This document shows, piece by piece, positions 1 to 10,595 of a DNA stretch of 64,000 nucleotides. The stretch's first letter is position 1; the number at the start of each line of letters is the position of its first letter. The notes beneath the pieces were generated by a model that had not been told where the DNA came from, ran no database searches, and worked only from the letters and a program-made list of their open reading frames with translations. The position numbers and the translations under genes were made by a program. The DNA comes from an uncultured delta proteobacterium (GTDB lineage: Bacteria > Desulfobacterota > Zymogenia > Zymogenales > Zymogenaceae): the NCBI GenBank assembly GCA_963735595.1, contig CAVTLK010000005.1:128001-192000 (forward strand), given 5' to 3'.

Positions 1-2
1 TG

Positions 3-65
3 GGCCTCATATCGGTCATGAGCCGGCGCATTGCCAAGGACATCAGAGGCCTCCTGCCGTTCTGA
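3..65 (+). CDS. 3' end of an upstream gene (partial), possibly roadblock/LC7 (MglB-like)
   Basis: Frame from base 3 reads GLISVMSRRIAKDIRGLLPF*, resembling the terminal helix of roadblock/LC7 proteins; only 20 codons visible. Confidence 0.3.
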   Translation, partial: GLISVMSRRIAKDIRGLLPF

Positions 66-73
66 TTATCCAC

Positions 74-922
74 ATGATCGAAAGCCGACAAGAAGAGAAC
101 ATCGTGTTGACACCTGGAACATTCGCCAGGCTGAGGTCGATTCTCAAAGGTGGCGGCAGCGCCAATCTTAATCTCAATCTCTATAAAGATCCTTATATAG
201 GGCGGCGGATTCAGGTGAGGATGCGCGCGACTCAGGCCGCCACTACCGAAGATTATCTCGATATAGCGGAAAGAAATCCCGTTGAGTACAAGAAGCTGGT
301 ATCTGTCCTGACCATCAACGTCACCCGGTTTTTCAGGAACCAAGAGACGTTCGACAAGATCGACCGGCTTGTGATACCGAATATCATCAGGAATCACTAT
401 GAACGGGGTGGACGCAGGATAAACGTACTGAGCGTTGGATGTTCCACCGGTGAAGAGCCTTACAGCGTGGCGATTCTCTTTCTCGATCATCTTCAGAAGA
501 CAGGCCAATCGCGCGATCTGAGAGTCCTCGGAACCGATATTGATAAGCGGGCCCTCTTTCATGCCCTCAAAGGGATATACGATCAGGAGAAGGTGGAAGC
601 AATTCCGAAAGATATCCTCAAACGATACTTCGTCGCGACGAAAAAGGGCTATCAAATAGCCCCTGACGTGCGAAACAAGGTAATCTTCATCAAAAAAGAC
701 GTATTTTCGTATAAAATGTATAACCGATTCGACCTGATACTGGCCAGGAATATACTCATCTATTTTGTCAGAAGCTATCAGGAAAAGATCGTGGAAAGCT
801 TCCATCGTCAATTGGTGCGGGGTGGTTTCCTCGTGCTGGGAAGGGCTGAATCGCTGGCCGGATGCACCAGACAGCTGTTCGAGCCGATAAGCGTTGCGGA
901 TCGGATTTATCGCAAAATCTGA
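74..922 (+). CDS. cheR: Chemotaxis protein-glutamate methyltransferase CheR
   Basis: TINVTRFFRN, SVGCSTGEEPYS, GTDID, ARNILIYF and GFLVLG motifs. Confidence 0.95.
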   Translation: MIESRQEENIVLTPGTFARLRSILKGGGSANLNLNLYKDPYIGRRIQVRMRATQAATTEDYLDIAERNPVEYKKLVSVLTINVTRFFRNQETFDKIDRLVIPNIIRNHYERGGRRINVLSVGCSTGEEPYSVAILFLDHLQKTGQSRDLRVLGTDIDKRALFHALKGIYDQEKVEAIPKDILKRYFVATKKGYQIAPDVRNKVIFIKKDVFSYKMYNRFDLILARNILIYFVRSYQEKIVESFHRQLVRGGFLVLGRAESLAGCTRQLFEPISVADRIYRKI

Positions 923-982
923 AAATACTATTCCTTTTTGGGAATAATTGGTGTAGTATATGGTGAAAATGGGAGGAGACAG

Positions 983-2260
983 ATGAGAATCGAAATCGGG
1001 TATAAATTCATCTTTGGATTTATTTTGGTTATCCTCACGTCCGTGATCCTGCCGTATCTGGTGCGAGCCACCCACCTGGTCGACAATGAGATGATCAGCA
1101 ATATGATCGCGGCCCTTTCGGCGATACTGGTTGGTTTGATCATCGGGTGGGTTTTCACCAGGAACTTCACCAAGGACTTCCGGGAATTGACGGCGACTAC
1201 CGAGATAATCAGCCAGGGTGACCTGAGCCAGTATATAGAAATCTCGCACAAGAAGGTCTTCCCCGATGAAACGGTCGACCTGGCCAATTCCGTCAATCGA
1301 ATGCTCGGGAGCCTGCGGGATCTGGTGTCCCATGTTAAACGGACGGCTGCGCAGGTTTCTGAATCGGCCCAGGGGCTGTCGTCCTCCGCGGAAGAAATAA
1401 ACGCCTCTACCGAGGAGATCGCCTCCACTATCGAACAGATATCACGAGGGGCCGAGCACCAGGCGGAACTCGTCGACAAAACCGGCAACATCATCAAGGA
1501 CATCGCCAAGAAGATCGAACGGGTTGCCGAGACCGCCAAAGATCTCTCCGCCTCCTCGGCTCAAAGCCAGGAAGAGGCCGGAACTGCCGGCAAGATGGTG
1601 GATAACGCCATGGAGCGGATGCTCACGGTGTTCAATAATATGGAACACATCGGCAAGAACATGCTTGATTTCTCCGAAAAGGCCAAGGAGATCGGTAAAA
1701 TCGTCGAAGTTATCAGAAACGTTGCCCATCAGACCAACCTCCTTGCCCTTAACGCCACGATTGAGGCCGCCCGGGCCGGGGAATACGGCCGGGGATTTAC
1801 CGTTGTTGCCGACGAGATCAGGAAGTTGTCCGAGACGACAACGAAGTTTGCCGAAGAGATCACGGGCCTGGTGACCGATATCAGTAAGGGGAGCCAGGAG
1901 GCCAACATCGAGGTAAGGGAAGTCCTCAAGAACGTGGATGAAGGCAAGGACGTCATCAATTCGGTCGTTCAATCGCTCGGCGGAATAATCAGGGTTGCGC
2001 TGGATTCTCTCCATGAACTCAACCGAATATCCCAGCTCGCGATCGAACAGGCAAAAGAAGCCGAGGAGATGGTCAAAGCGGTCGATGAAATAGCGCGGCT
2101 TGCCGAGGACAACGCGGCGGCCACCGAAGAAGTGAGCGCTGCTACTGAAGAACAGACTGCATCCATGGAAGAGATGGCCTCGTCGGCGCAGGAACTCTCA
2201 ATGACGTCCGAACAGCTAAAGGCGGTAGTCGATAGCTTCAAGCTGGAACCGGAGGCATAA
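983..2260 (+). CDS. Methyl-accepting chemotaxis protein, DifA-like (2 TM, no periplasmic sensor, HAMP)
   Basis: Two adjacent hydrophobic helices, a HAMP region, and the [34 protein letters not shown] hairpin; ATG at 983 follows GGAGGAG. Confidence 0.92.
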   Translation: MRIEIGYKFIFGFILVILTSVILPYLVRATHLVDNEMISNMIAALSAILVGLIIGWVFTRNFTKDFRELTATTEIISQGDLSQYIEISHKKVFPDETVDLANSVNRMLGSLRDLVSHVKRTAAQVSESAQGLSSSAEEINASTEEIASTIEQISRGAEHQAELVDKTGNIIKDIAKKIERVAETAKDLSASSAQSQEEAGTAGKMVDNAMERMLTVFNNMEHIGKNMLDFSEKAKEIGKIVEVIRNVAHQTNLLALNATIEAARAGEYGRGFTVVADEIRKLSETTTKFAEEITGLVTDISKGSQEANIEVREVLKNVDEGKDVINSVVQSLGGIIRVALDSLHELNRISQLAIEQAKEAEEMVKAVDEIARLAEDNAAATEEVSAATEEQTASMEEMASSAQELSMTSEQLKAVVDSFKLEPEA

Positions 2261-2267
2261 GACAGAA

Positions 2268-2744
2268 ATGGGAGACCATGCCGACGGCGTAGGTGCTGAG
2301 CGCCAGATAATCGCCTTTGCCCTCTCCCACGAGGTTTTCGGGATAGATATCGCGCGGGTGCAGCGGATTGCCCCACCCGAGACGATAACACGTGTGCCGC
2401 GAGCGCCGGCATTCATATTGGGCATCATGAATATGGCCGGGCGGATCATCACACTGATCGACCTTGCCCATATCCTGCATCTTGAGAGAGGTGACGAGTT
2501 GGGGCAGCAAATCATCATCCTTAACCATGATGACATGAACATAGGCTTTGTTACCGGCCAGGTTGCCGATGTCATCATGACGGACGATGAATCCCTGAAC
2601 AGGGAGATCGTACGTATCAGCGCTCAGGATGAGAACTTCGTTTCGGCAATACTGAATACAGGCGACCGTATTATCAACGTACTGAACATCGAAAAGCTGT
2701 TTGATTTTATAAAAAAATCTTTTGTCGACTCGAGGGGGAAATGA
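2268..2744 (+). CDS. cheW: Chemotaxis coupling protein CheW
   Basis: FGIDIARVQRI, ITRVPRAPAFILGIMNMAGRIITLIDL. Confidence 0.92.
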   Translation: MGDHADGVGAERQIIAFALSHEVFGIDIARVQRIAPPETITRVPRAPAFILGIMNMAGRIITLIDLAHILHLERGDELGQQIIILNHDDMNIGFVTGQVADVIMTDDESLNREIVRISAQDENFVSAILNTGDRIINVLNIEKLFDFIKKSFVDSRGK

Positions 2745-3109
2745 GTCTCAAGGTATTAATTGTCGATGATGCGAGTTTTATGAGGGCCATGCTGAAGGAC
2801 ATCCTTGTCTCAGGCGGCTTTGATCTCGCGGGCGAGGCGGTGGACGGTGTCGAAGCGGTACAGAAATACAAAGAGCTTAGGCCGGATGTCGTTACTATGG
2901 ATATAGTAATGCCCCTCAGAAGCGGTATCGACGCCGTCAAGGAGATTATCGCCTTCAATAAGGACGCGCGAATCATTATGTGCAGTGCGCTCGGCCAGGA
3001 ATCCCTCGTTCTGGAGGCCATCAATGCCGGCGCGAAGGACTATATTATAAAACCGTTTGACCCGGATAAGGTCGTCGAGATGGTCAAGAAGGTCGCCGGG
3101 GTCAAGTAG
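2741..3109 (+). CDS. cheY: Single-domain response regulator CheY
   Basis: VLIVDDA, MDIVMP (phospho-Asp), MCSA, YIIKPF; 122 aa. Confidence 0.95.
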   Translation: MSLKVLIVDDASFMRAMLKDILVSGGFDLAGEAVDGVEAVQKYKELRPDVVTMDIVMPLRSGIDAVKEIIAFNKDARIIMCSALGQESLVLEAINAGAKDYIIKPFDPDKVVEMVKKVAGVK

Positions 3110-3112
3110 TCA

Positions 3113-3697
3113 ATGGCCGACGCAGTAAAGCTCGTGATTATCGCCGCCTCCACCGGCGGACCAAAGATACTGCTGGACGTACTTTCGGCAATTCCTCAGG
3201 GTATTCCATCTGCAATTATTGTCATACAACATATGCTCCCGCGCTTTATCGGTTCGTTTGCAAAGCGTTTGGAAAAAGGTTCACATCTGTCCGTGCAGGT
3301 CGGAAGCGACGGGATGAGGCTCGGTAAGGGGACGACTATTTTAGCTCCCGGGGGCAAACATCTCATTTTGGTGCCGGATACGGACGGCGTAATCGTTGGT
3401 TTTGACGAATCAGGCCCGAGGGCGGGCGTCATGCCGTCGGCCGACGTTACCATGATTTCGGCCGCTCCCCTGTTCCGTGGAAACCTCCTGGGCGTTATCC
3501 TTTCCGGGATGGGCAGAGACGGGGTCGAGGGATTTGCCGCGATAAAACGCGAGGGTGGTTCAACGGTCGTTGAAGATGAAGCATCAAGCGCGATTTATGG
3601 AATGCCGGGCCGGGCATTGACGCGGGGACTGGCCGACAAGGTCCTTACTCCGCACGAGGTTGCCCTGGAAATCATCGATTTTTCGTCGAGGATCTAG
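3113..3697 (+). CDS. cheB: CheB methylesterase, catalytic domain only (no receiver domain)
   Basis: AASTGG, IQHM, PSAD and SGMGRDG motifs; 194 aa starting directly at the esterase domain. Confidence 0.9.
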   Translation: MADAVKLVIIAASTGGPKILLDVLSAIPQGIPSAIIVIQHMLPRFIGSFAKRLEKGSHLSVQVGSDGMRLGKGTTILAPGGKHLILVPDTDGVIVGFDESGPRAGVMPSADVTMISAAPLFRGNLLGVILSGMGRDGVEGFAAIKREGGSTVVEDEASSAIYGMPGRALTRGLADKVLTPHEVALEIIDFSSRI

Positions 3698-3700
3698 ACC

Positions 3701-5862
3701 ATGGATATGTCCCGATATAAAAAGATATTCATGGAAGAGGCCCGGGAACACCTCGAGAAGATCAGCAGCCTCTCCCTGGAGATGGAAAAAAATCCCGAAG
3801 ATATGGAGGTCATCAACGCCATTTTCCGGGAGGCCCACTCGATCAAGGGGATGGCGGCCTCGATGGGCTACACCCCGATATCCGAGCTGACCCATAAGGT
3901 CGAAGACCTCATGGACCTTATCCGAAAGGGGGAGATCGGCGCCAGTTCCCATCTCGTTGACGTGATGCTCAGGGCCATAGACGTCCTGGAGAATCAACTC
4001 AACGCGATTGATACCGGCGGTGATACCGAGGCGGGACTTACCGAAGTCCTTGAAATGATCGAGCGATCCCGAAAGGGCGACATACCCGAAAAGCAGCCGA
4101 AACCCGCACAAAAGCAGCCCCCTGCCGAAGAGAAGGCGCCCCCGGAGGGAAAGAGGATCAGGCCGCCTATATCGTAACCCTGGTCATACGGGAAGACGAG
4201 CCCAAGCCGAACGTCAAGGGCCTGCTGGGGGTTAAGAAGCTTTCAGAACTCGGCAAGGTCATGGGATTGGTCCCGGGCCTTGAGGAGATCAGGAAAGGAT
4301 TGAAAGGCCGGGAACTGAAGGCGACACTGGTAACCGGGGTTGGGGAAGACGACGTAATGCGGGCGTTGAGGGGCTTGGCGTACCTTGCGTCATTTGACGT
4401 TATCAAGACAAGCGTCAAAACCGGTGGAGAGAGGGGAAAAGGGGAGCCTGCCAAATCCCCTATCGGGCCGGAAACCGTTGAATTTCGGCCTCCCCCCGAT
4501 TCAGGTCCCGTTAATCGGCACGATACGGATATATCCCAGGCGGAGACGGCCGTAGACGAGCCGCCCGTCGAATGGGTCTCGGAAGAGCTGGCCATCCAGC
4601 AAGAGACTGCAGGGGTCAATCCTCCCGCGCAGTCTGTCTCCCCCGGCCGGGAATCATCCTCCAGTGAAGGACCGCGTGTGGAAGAGATGCTCCCGTCAGG
4701 AGAGGCGGGGGCGGGGCTGCCGCGATCGGTCCGTATCGGAACCGACCTCCTGGAGAGCTTCATTAATATTGTTGGTGAGCTGCTCATCACCAAATCCCGT
4801 ATCCAACAGCAAACCCGGGGCCTCGCCATCACTCCTCTGGATGAGTCGGTAAACCGGCTCGAGAGCCTGATTAGAGAGCTCCATACGCGGGTAATCACCG
4901 TCAGGATGATGCCGCTGGAAAGCATCCTTTCACGGATGCCCCGCCTCGTGCGAGATCTTGCCCGGGAGAAAGGTAAGGACATAGAATTTACCATCACCGG
5001 CGGTGATATCGAGCTTGACCGCGCGATCCTCGAGGAGCTCACTGACCCGCTGGTTCATATCCTGAGAAACGCCGTGGACCACGGGATAGAGCCGCCGAAT
5101 CAGCGCCAGATGTCCGCGAAATCCCCGACGGGGAAAATCATGTTGTCGGCATACCGCGAGCGGGACCTCGTAATCCTCGAGGTCACCGACGACGGCCGCG
5201 GCATCGACCCGGCGAAGATCAGGGAGGCCGCCGTCCAGCGCGGGATCATGAAAAAGCAGCAGATCGATCTTCTTGACGACCGGGACGTGTTACTGCTTGC
5301 GTTCATGCCGAATCTCTCAACGAATAAGGAGGTCTCGGACATATCGGGACGGGGTGTTGGGATGGACGTGGTTAAGACCAAGGTAGAGTCCTTGGGCGGC
5401 TCGGTACGGCTGGAATCCCGAAAGGACGAGGGTACGAAGATCGTCCTGTCTCTTCCGCTTACGGTTGCTATCATACAGGCCCTCTTGATCAAGTCGGACG
5501 GAGAGACATTTGCCCTGCCCCTTTCAAAGACGATAAAGTCGGCGGAAGTGGCCGCGGCGTCGGTTCAGATGAGCCAGAATCAGAGGGTAGTCTTCATAGA
5601 CGGCGATATGATCCCTCTGTTCAAAGTGGGGGATCTTCTGGGGTTTTCCGACGGCAGGATTGACGACAGGGATATCTCGCTGATCGTCTCCGAAGTGCGT
5701 GGAAAACACATCGGTCTCCAGGTTGACGAAATTGTCGGGAGCCAGGAGATATTTATTAAGTCTCTCGGCTACCCCCTTGAGAAGATCCAGGGCTTTTCGG
5801 GCGTTACGATCCTGGGTGACGGGAAGCCCGTACTAATAATCGATATCGGGAACCTCTTTTAG
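3701..5862 (+). CDS. cheA: Chemotaxis histidine kinase CheA (frameshift near 4150)
   Basis: Hpt IFREAHSIKGMA in ORF 3701-4177; P2, dimerisation, HATPase (HILRNAVDHGIE, SGRGVGMDVV) and CheW domains in the next frame; a single indel in the A-run near 4150 joins them. Confidence 0.92.
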
Positions 5863-5865
5863 CAA

Positions 5866-6462
5866 ATGGATATAGACTCAATTCTCATCGATAAGAGCAG
5901 ACTTATAGAAAAGCGTTCTCAGGACGCCCTGATCAGCTCGGCGTTGGCGCTTTCCCAGATGACGGGGGAAACGGTCGATGTTGTCAGAACGATCGTCGAC
6001 CTGATCAAGGTTCAAGAGATAGCGACATACATCGGTGATCGTGACGACAAGGTCACCCTTATCGCGCTGGACGTTCACGGAAAAATATCGGGAGACATCT
6101 ACATCCTGCTCTCATCGTCGGACACGATGCTGATCACCAAGAAGGTCGCCGATAGATGGATGAAAGAGGAGGAGATAGAGAAATTCAAAAACTCGGTGCT
6201 TGCCGAGGTAGGCAACATCGTGGCGTCGGCGTATATTAACGTATTGGGCGATTCGTTCAATGTCGCCTTAATACCTTCCGTTCCCCGCCTCGAATTCGTT
6301 AGCGGGGAAGCGCTCATCCCCAAGATCCTTTCGAAGGGCGATTCCGATTTCGCACTCATGTTCTTCTCGGAATTTGTCGTCGGGGAACGCGGGATTAAGG
6401 TCTTCTTCTTTTTCCTTCTGTCCAATGCATCGATGCAGTACCTCGGAGGCCATGCCCCATGA
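5866..6462 (+). CDS. cheC: CheC-family phosphatase
   Basis: ALSQMTG and SVLAEVGNIVASAYIN (ExxN) followed by PSVP; the first-repeat ExxN is not evident. Confidence 0.85.
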   Translation: MDIDSILIDKSRLIEKRSQDALISSALALSQMTGETVDVVRTIVDLIKVQEIATYIGDRDDKVTLIALDVHGKISGDIYILLSSSDTMLITKKVADRWMKEEEIEKFKNSVLAEVGNIVASAYINVLGDSFNVALIPSVPRLEFVSGEALIPKILSKGDSDFALMFFSEFVVGERGIKVFFFFLLSNASMQYLGGHAP

Positions 6463-7205
6463 ATCAGGAGGCAGTCAAAAATCTCCTGATTGGGGTCAAG
6501 AGCGGAGAAGTACCTGTCGAAGAGGCGATCGACAGGCTCAAGTCGTTGCCGTATCTTGACCTCGGATTCGCCGTTGTCGATACCCATCGGGCGCTCAGGC
6601 AGGGATTCCCCGAGGTTATCATGGGCGAGGGGAAAGAGCCGCGAGATATCCTCGGTATTATCGAAAGCCTCAGAAAAACCGGCAATACTATCCTCGTGAC
6701 CCGCGTAGATACCGAAAAGGCTCGGGTGGTCCGGGAGCAGCTTCCCGAGATGACGTATAACGAGCGTGCGCGGTCTCTCGTCCTTATCGAAGGGGAGATC
6801 ACGATACGGGGAAAGGGGGCGATCATGGTAGTTTCGGCCGGAACCTCCGACATCCCGGTGGCCGAAGAAGCGGCCGTTGTTTGCGAGCTTATGGGAAACC
6901 GCACCGAGCGCCTCTGGGACGTGGGAGTGGCGGGGATACACCGGCTTATGAACCACGTCGACCGATTACGGGGCGCCAACGTGCTGGTAGTGGCGGCGGG
7001 GATGGAGGGGGCGCTGCCGTCGGTTATCGGGGGGATCGTAGAACGCCCGGTGGTGGCTGTACCCACCAGTGTCGGGTATGGCGCAGGTTTCGGCGGGCTC
7101 TCGGCGCTGCTGGGGATGCTCAATTCCTGTGCTGCGGGAGTATGCGTCGTTAATATCGATAACGGCTTCGGTGCGGGATACGTTGCTTCCCTGATTAACC
7201 GATAA
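6459..7205 (+). CDS. larB: Nickel-pincer cofactor biosynthesis protein LarB
   Basis: DTHRALRQGFPEVI, AGTSDIPVAEEA, DVGVAGIHRL, AGMEGALPSV, PTSVGYG, VNIDNGFGA. Confidence 0.93.
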   Translation: MNQEAVKNLLIGVKSGEVPVEEAIDRLKSLPYLDLGFAVVDTHRALRQGFPEVIMGEGKEPRDILGIIESLRKTGNTILVTRVDTEKARVVREQLPEMTYNERARSLVLIEGEITIRGKGAIMVVSAGTSDIPVAEEAAVVCELMGNRTERLWDVGVAGIHRLMNHVDRLRGANVLVVAAGMEGALPSVIGGIVERPVVAVPTSVGYGAGFGGLSALLGMLNSCAAGVCVVNIDNGFGAGYVASLINR

Positions 7206-7409
7206 TGATACCGTTGTGCCTCGTCGACCATCGGGATTATTATCGCCGGGCTTTGGGAAGCCCTTGGACTGCCCAATGTTTTGGGAGTGCTGTTTTCATA
7301 ACTCGCCGGTACCCCGTGAGGGCCGTATCACAAACGGTACATAGGCCCTGTTAGAGAAGGTCGACCGTTCTCATCCGTTTTGTAGACAAACCGTAGCGCT
7401 TCAGGCTGT

Positions 7410-8603
7410 ATGGATACAATTCTCTATATCGATGCCTTCTCGGGCATATCCGGGGACATGTTTCTCGGCGCGCTGATCGCCGCAGGACTTGATGCGGCAA
7501 TCGTCCAGGACGAAATTCGCCGACTGGATATCGGAGCCGAGCTTTCCGTAGGCTTGGTAAAACGAAACGGGATCGAGGCGGTCAGCGTCTCGGTGATATC
7601 CGGTCGAAAAGATGAGGTAGAGCGTCATTACGGAGCGATAAAGAAGCTTATCGAGTCACGCATAAACCCGGGTTACGCCCGGGAGACGGCCCTGAAGATA
7701 TTCGAGTTGCTGGCGCGCGCGGAGGGCCGGGTGCACGGCCGGGATGCCGATCACGTCCACTTCCACGAGGTGGGCGCCGTGGATTCGATCGTTGATATCG
7801 TCGGCGCCGCGGTGGGCCTGGCGGCGCTCGCGCCGGTTCGGGTGGTTTCCAGCCCGCTTCCCATGGGAAGGGGCTTTGTTACAACGCGGCACGGCGTGCT
7901 CCCGCTGCCGGCCCCGGCGACGGCCGAGCTCCTTGCGGGCATACCCGTAGTCGACGCCGGGATAGATGAAGAGCTCGTAACTCCGACGGGCGCGGCCATC
8001 GTTAAGACGGTCGCATCATCGTTTTCTGGGATACCGCCGATGATCGTCGAGAGATCGGGTTACGGCGCGGGAGACCGGGAGCTGCCCGACAGGCCCAATC
8101 TTCTCAGGCTTATAATCGGAAGGCCCTCAGACCAGACCGTCGGTGACGAGGTGGAAGTCATCACAACCCACATAGACGATATGAACCCCCAGTTCTACGA
8201 GTATATAATGGATCGGCTTTTTGCCTTAGGGGCCCTTGACGTGGTGTTGGCTCCCGTAATCATGAAAAAGGGCAGGCCCGCTACCGCGCTCGTTACCGTT
8301 GCCCCCATATCGGGGAGTGGGGAGATTATCGACGCGATCCTTTCCGAGACTACCAGCATCGGCCTCCGGATTCACCGGGAGCGCCGGGTTAAGCTCGACC
8401 GTCAGCTGGAGACGGTTCAAACGCAATTGGGGGAGATCCGGGTCAAGCTTACGTTCGACCGATCGGGAAAGGTTGCCGATGCGTACCCCGAATATGAGGA
8501 TGTGCGAGCGGCCGCAGAGAGCCACCGCATTCCCATCGATCGGGCATACCGCTTGATTATCGGCGAAATCGGCGAGATGTTGGCAAAAAGGGTGAGGAGA
8601 TGA
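7410..8603 (+). CDS. larC: Nickel-pincer cofactor biosynthesis protein LarC
   Basis: SGISGDMFLGAL, VHFHEVGAVDSIVD, ELVTPTGAA, MKKGRP, ETTSIG, PEYED. Confidence 0.93.
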   Translation: MDTILYIDAFSGISGDMFLGALIAAGLDAAIVQDEIRRLDIGAELSVGLVKRNGIEAVSVSVISGRKDEVERHYGAIKKLIESRINPGYARETALKIFELLARAEGRVHGRDADHVHFHEVGAVDSIVDIVGAAVGLAALAPVRVVSSPLPMGRGFVTTRHGVLPLPAPATAELLAGIPVVDAGIDEELVTPTGAAIVKTVASSFSGIPPMIVERSGYGAGDRELPDRPNLLRLIIGRPSDQTVGDEVEVITTHIDDMNPQFYEYIMDRLFALGALDVVLAPVIMKKGRPATALVTVAPISGSGEIIDAILSETTSIGLRIHRERRVKLDRQLETVQTQLGEIRVKLTFDRSGKVADAYPEYEDVRAAAESHRIPIDRAYRLIIGEIGEMLAKRVRR

Positions 8604-10093
8604 GCTCGACTATGTTACCACAACAACGGGAAAAGAATAAGGGAGTCATCCTCGTGGTGGATGACGAGTTTTCCATACGCGAGATATTAAGCGACGTGTT
8701 GAGCAACGAAGGATTTACTATATACACGGCGGAAAACGGAATTGAAGCGCTCAAGATAATCCAGGAATTGGCCCCCGACCTGGTGATCACCGACATGAAG
8801 ATGCCGAAGATGGGCGGGATGGAACTCCTGTACCAGATCAATTCCATGAGGAACAGGGTCATTACGATTATGATGACCGGCTTTGCCACCGTCGAAACGG
8901 CGGTGGAGGCCATCAAAAAGGGCGCCTATGACTATATCATGAAGCCCTTCCAGTTCTCCGATCTTCTCCGGGTGATAGAACATGCCCTCGAAAAGCAGCA
9001 CCTCATCACAGAAAACCTGGAGCTTAGAGAAACGGTTGCGCTCTATGATATCAGCAAGGCCATCAGTTCCCACCTTGATATGGAGATCGTGCTCTCGATG
9101 CTGCTTTCCACACTCCTGAAGGAGGGAGATGCCGACGCCGTCTCAATGTATATAAAAGACATGATCCTTAAGATATCGATCATGAGCAAGACCGTCGCCA
9201 AAGAACCCCGATTTGAAAAGGCCGCCGTTACCCTCGTTTCTCCACACGATATGCTGGCAAAGCTTTCCGGTACCGATTCGCTCATGCTTTCCGGTAGTCA
9301 GGCGGCTCAGTTATTTCCTGCGAATGCAGGCTTTGACGATCTGGAGTCGCTCCTGGCGCTGCCGATTCGAATTAAGGGCGAGACGACGGGCTTTGTATCT
9401 CTATTCTCATTCACCCGGGGATATCGGTTCACCGAGGGCCGGAGGAAGGCGCTGTCCATCCTGGTGAGCAACGTTTCGGTGGCGGTGGAAAATGCCCGGC
9501 TCTATCAGGATATCGTTTCGATTCTTGATGATACCGTAAAGAGCTTCGCCAGAACCCTGGACGCAAAGGATAAATATGCCTCCGGTCATTCGGAGCGCGT
9601 CACCCGCTACGCACTGATTATCGCACGTTCATTAAAGCTTGACAGCGAAGACGTCGACCGGCTGGCCCAGGCGGGGCTCTTACACGATATTGGGAAGATC
9701 GGGGTCAGTGAGCGTTTGCTCAACAAGAAAGATAAGCTCGAGATCGATGAGTACGAGGAAACCAAACTGCACCCGGTTATCGGCAGAGACATCCTTTCCA
9801 CGATCGAGAGATTCCAGGATATTGCCGAGATTGTCTATCATCACCACGAATGGTTCGACGGTAACGGTTACCCGGAAGGGATTTCCGGAAACGCGATCCC
9901 TCTCTTGAGCCGGATCATCGCTGTGGCCGATGCCTTCGATGCGATGACCTCCAGGCGAACCTATCGTGAGCAAATCGGAAAGGAACGGGCGCTGGAGGAG
10001 CTACGCCGCAATGCCGGCACGCAATTTGATCCGGCGGTCGTGGAGGCGTTGCTCGCAGATATACAACAGCTTGACATTGAAGAGGCTCCCTAA
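8600..10093 (+). CDS. Response regulator with REC, GAF-like and HD-GYP cyclic-dinucleotide phosphodiesterase domains
   Basis: N-terminal VVDDE/TDMKMP/KPF; HSERV, HDIGK, HHEWFDGNGYPEG, VADAFDAMTS. Confidence 0.9.
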   Translation: MSSTMLPQQREKNKGVILVVDDEFSIREILSDVLSNEGFTIYTAENGIEALKIIQELAPDLVITDMKMPKMGGMELLYQINSMRNRVITIMMTGFATVETAVEAIKKGAYDYIMKPFQFSDLLRVIEHALEKQHLITENLELRETVALYDISKAISSHLDMEIVLSMLLSTLLKEGDADAVSMYIKDMILKISIMSKTVAKEPRFEKAAVTLVSPHDMLAKLSGTDSLMLSGSQAAQLFPANAGFDDLESLLALPIRIKGETTGFVSLFSFTRGYRFTEGRRKALSILVSNVSVAVENARLYQDIVSILDDTVKSFARTLDAKDKYASGHSERVTRYALIIARSLKLDSEDVDRLAQAGLLHDIGKIGVSERLLNKKDKLEIDEYEETKLHPVIGRDILSTIERFQDIAEIVYHHHEWFDGNGYPEGISGNAIPLLSRIIAVADAFDAMTSRRTYREQIGKERALEELRRNAGTQFDPAVVEALLADIQQLDIEEAP

Positions 10094-10097
10094 TATA

Positions 10098-10595
10098 ATG
10101 ACCGGGCAATGGCAAGCTGTTAAAGATCGTCTCATCACGGTTTTCGCAACCGGGTTTGGTTTAGGGTATCTGCCGCTCGTCCCGGGAACGTTCGGGACGC
10201 TCGTCGGTATTCCGATTTGCCTGTTGTTGAGCCTCGGTGGATGGGTTATTTACGTTTCAGGGACGCTTGCGCTGATTGCGGCGGGTGTCTGGGTGGCGGG
10301 CCGGACCGATCGGATCTTTGGGACGCATGATTCCCGGAAGATCGTCATCGACGAAATATGCGGTTTCCTGGTCACTATGGCCTTGGTGATCCCGGGACCT
10401 CTCACGATCGGGATCGGTTTTGTCGCATTCAGGCTCTTTGACATCCTGAAGCCTTTTCCGGCGAGCTATTTCGATCGAAGCCTGTCGGGAGGATGGGGGG
10501 TGATGCTGGACGATATCGCCGCCGGCGTTTATGCCAACGTGACGCTTCACCTGTCTTTGGCAATCATCGGCCTCGTGTGGCCGGGGGTTTTGTGA
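10098..10595 (+). CDS. pgpA: Phosphatidylglycerophosphatase A
   Basis: PGTFGTL, IVIDEICG, FRLFDILKPFP, GVMLDDIAAG. Confidence 0.93.
   Translation: MTGQWQAVKDRLITVFATGFGLGYLPLVPGTFGTLVGIPICLLLSLGGWVIYVSGTLALIAAGVWVAGRTDRIFGTHDSRKIVIDEICGFLVTMALVIPGPLTIGIGFVAFRLFDILKPFPASYFDRSLSGGWGVMLDDIAAGVYANVTLHLSLAIIGLVWPGVL

Noticed and set aside
4140..4180. Split cheA as programmed frameshift or separate Hpt protein
   Set aside because: A single missing base in a short A-run restores a normal CheA, matching the indel pattern across the window
7206..7409. 204-bp gap between larB and larC as a nickel riboswitch or small ORF
   Set aside because: No recognisable NiCo-type consensus and no convincing RBS/ORF
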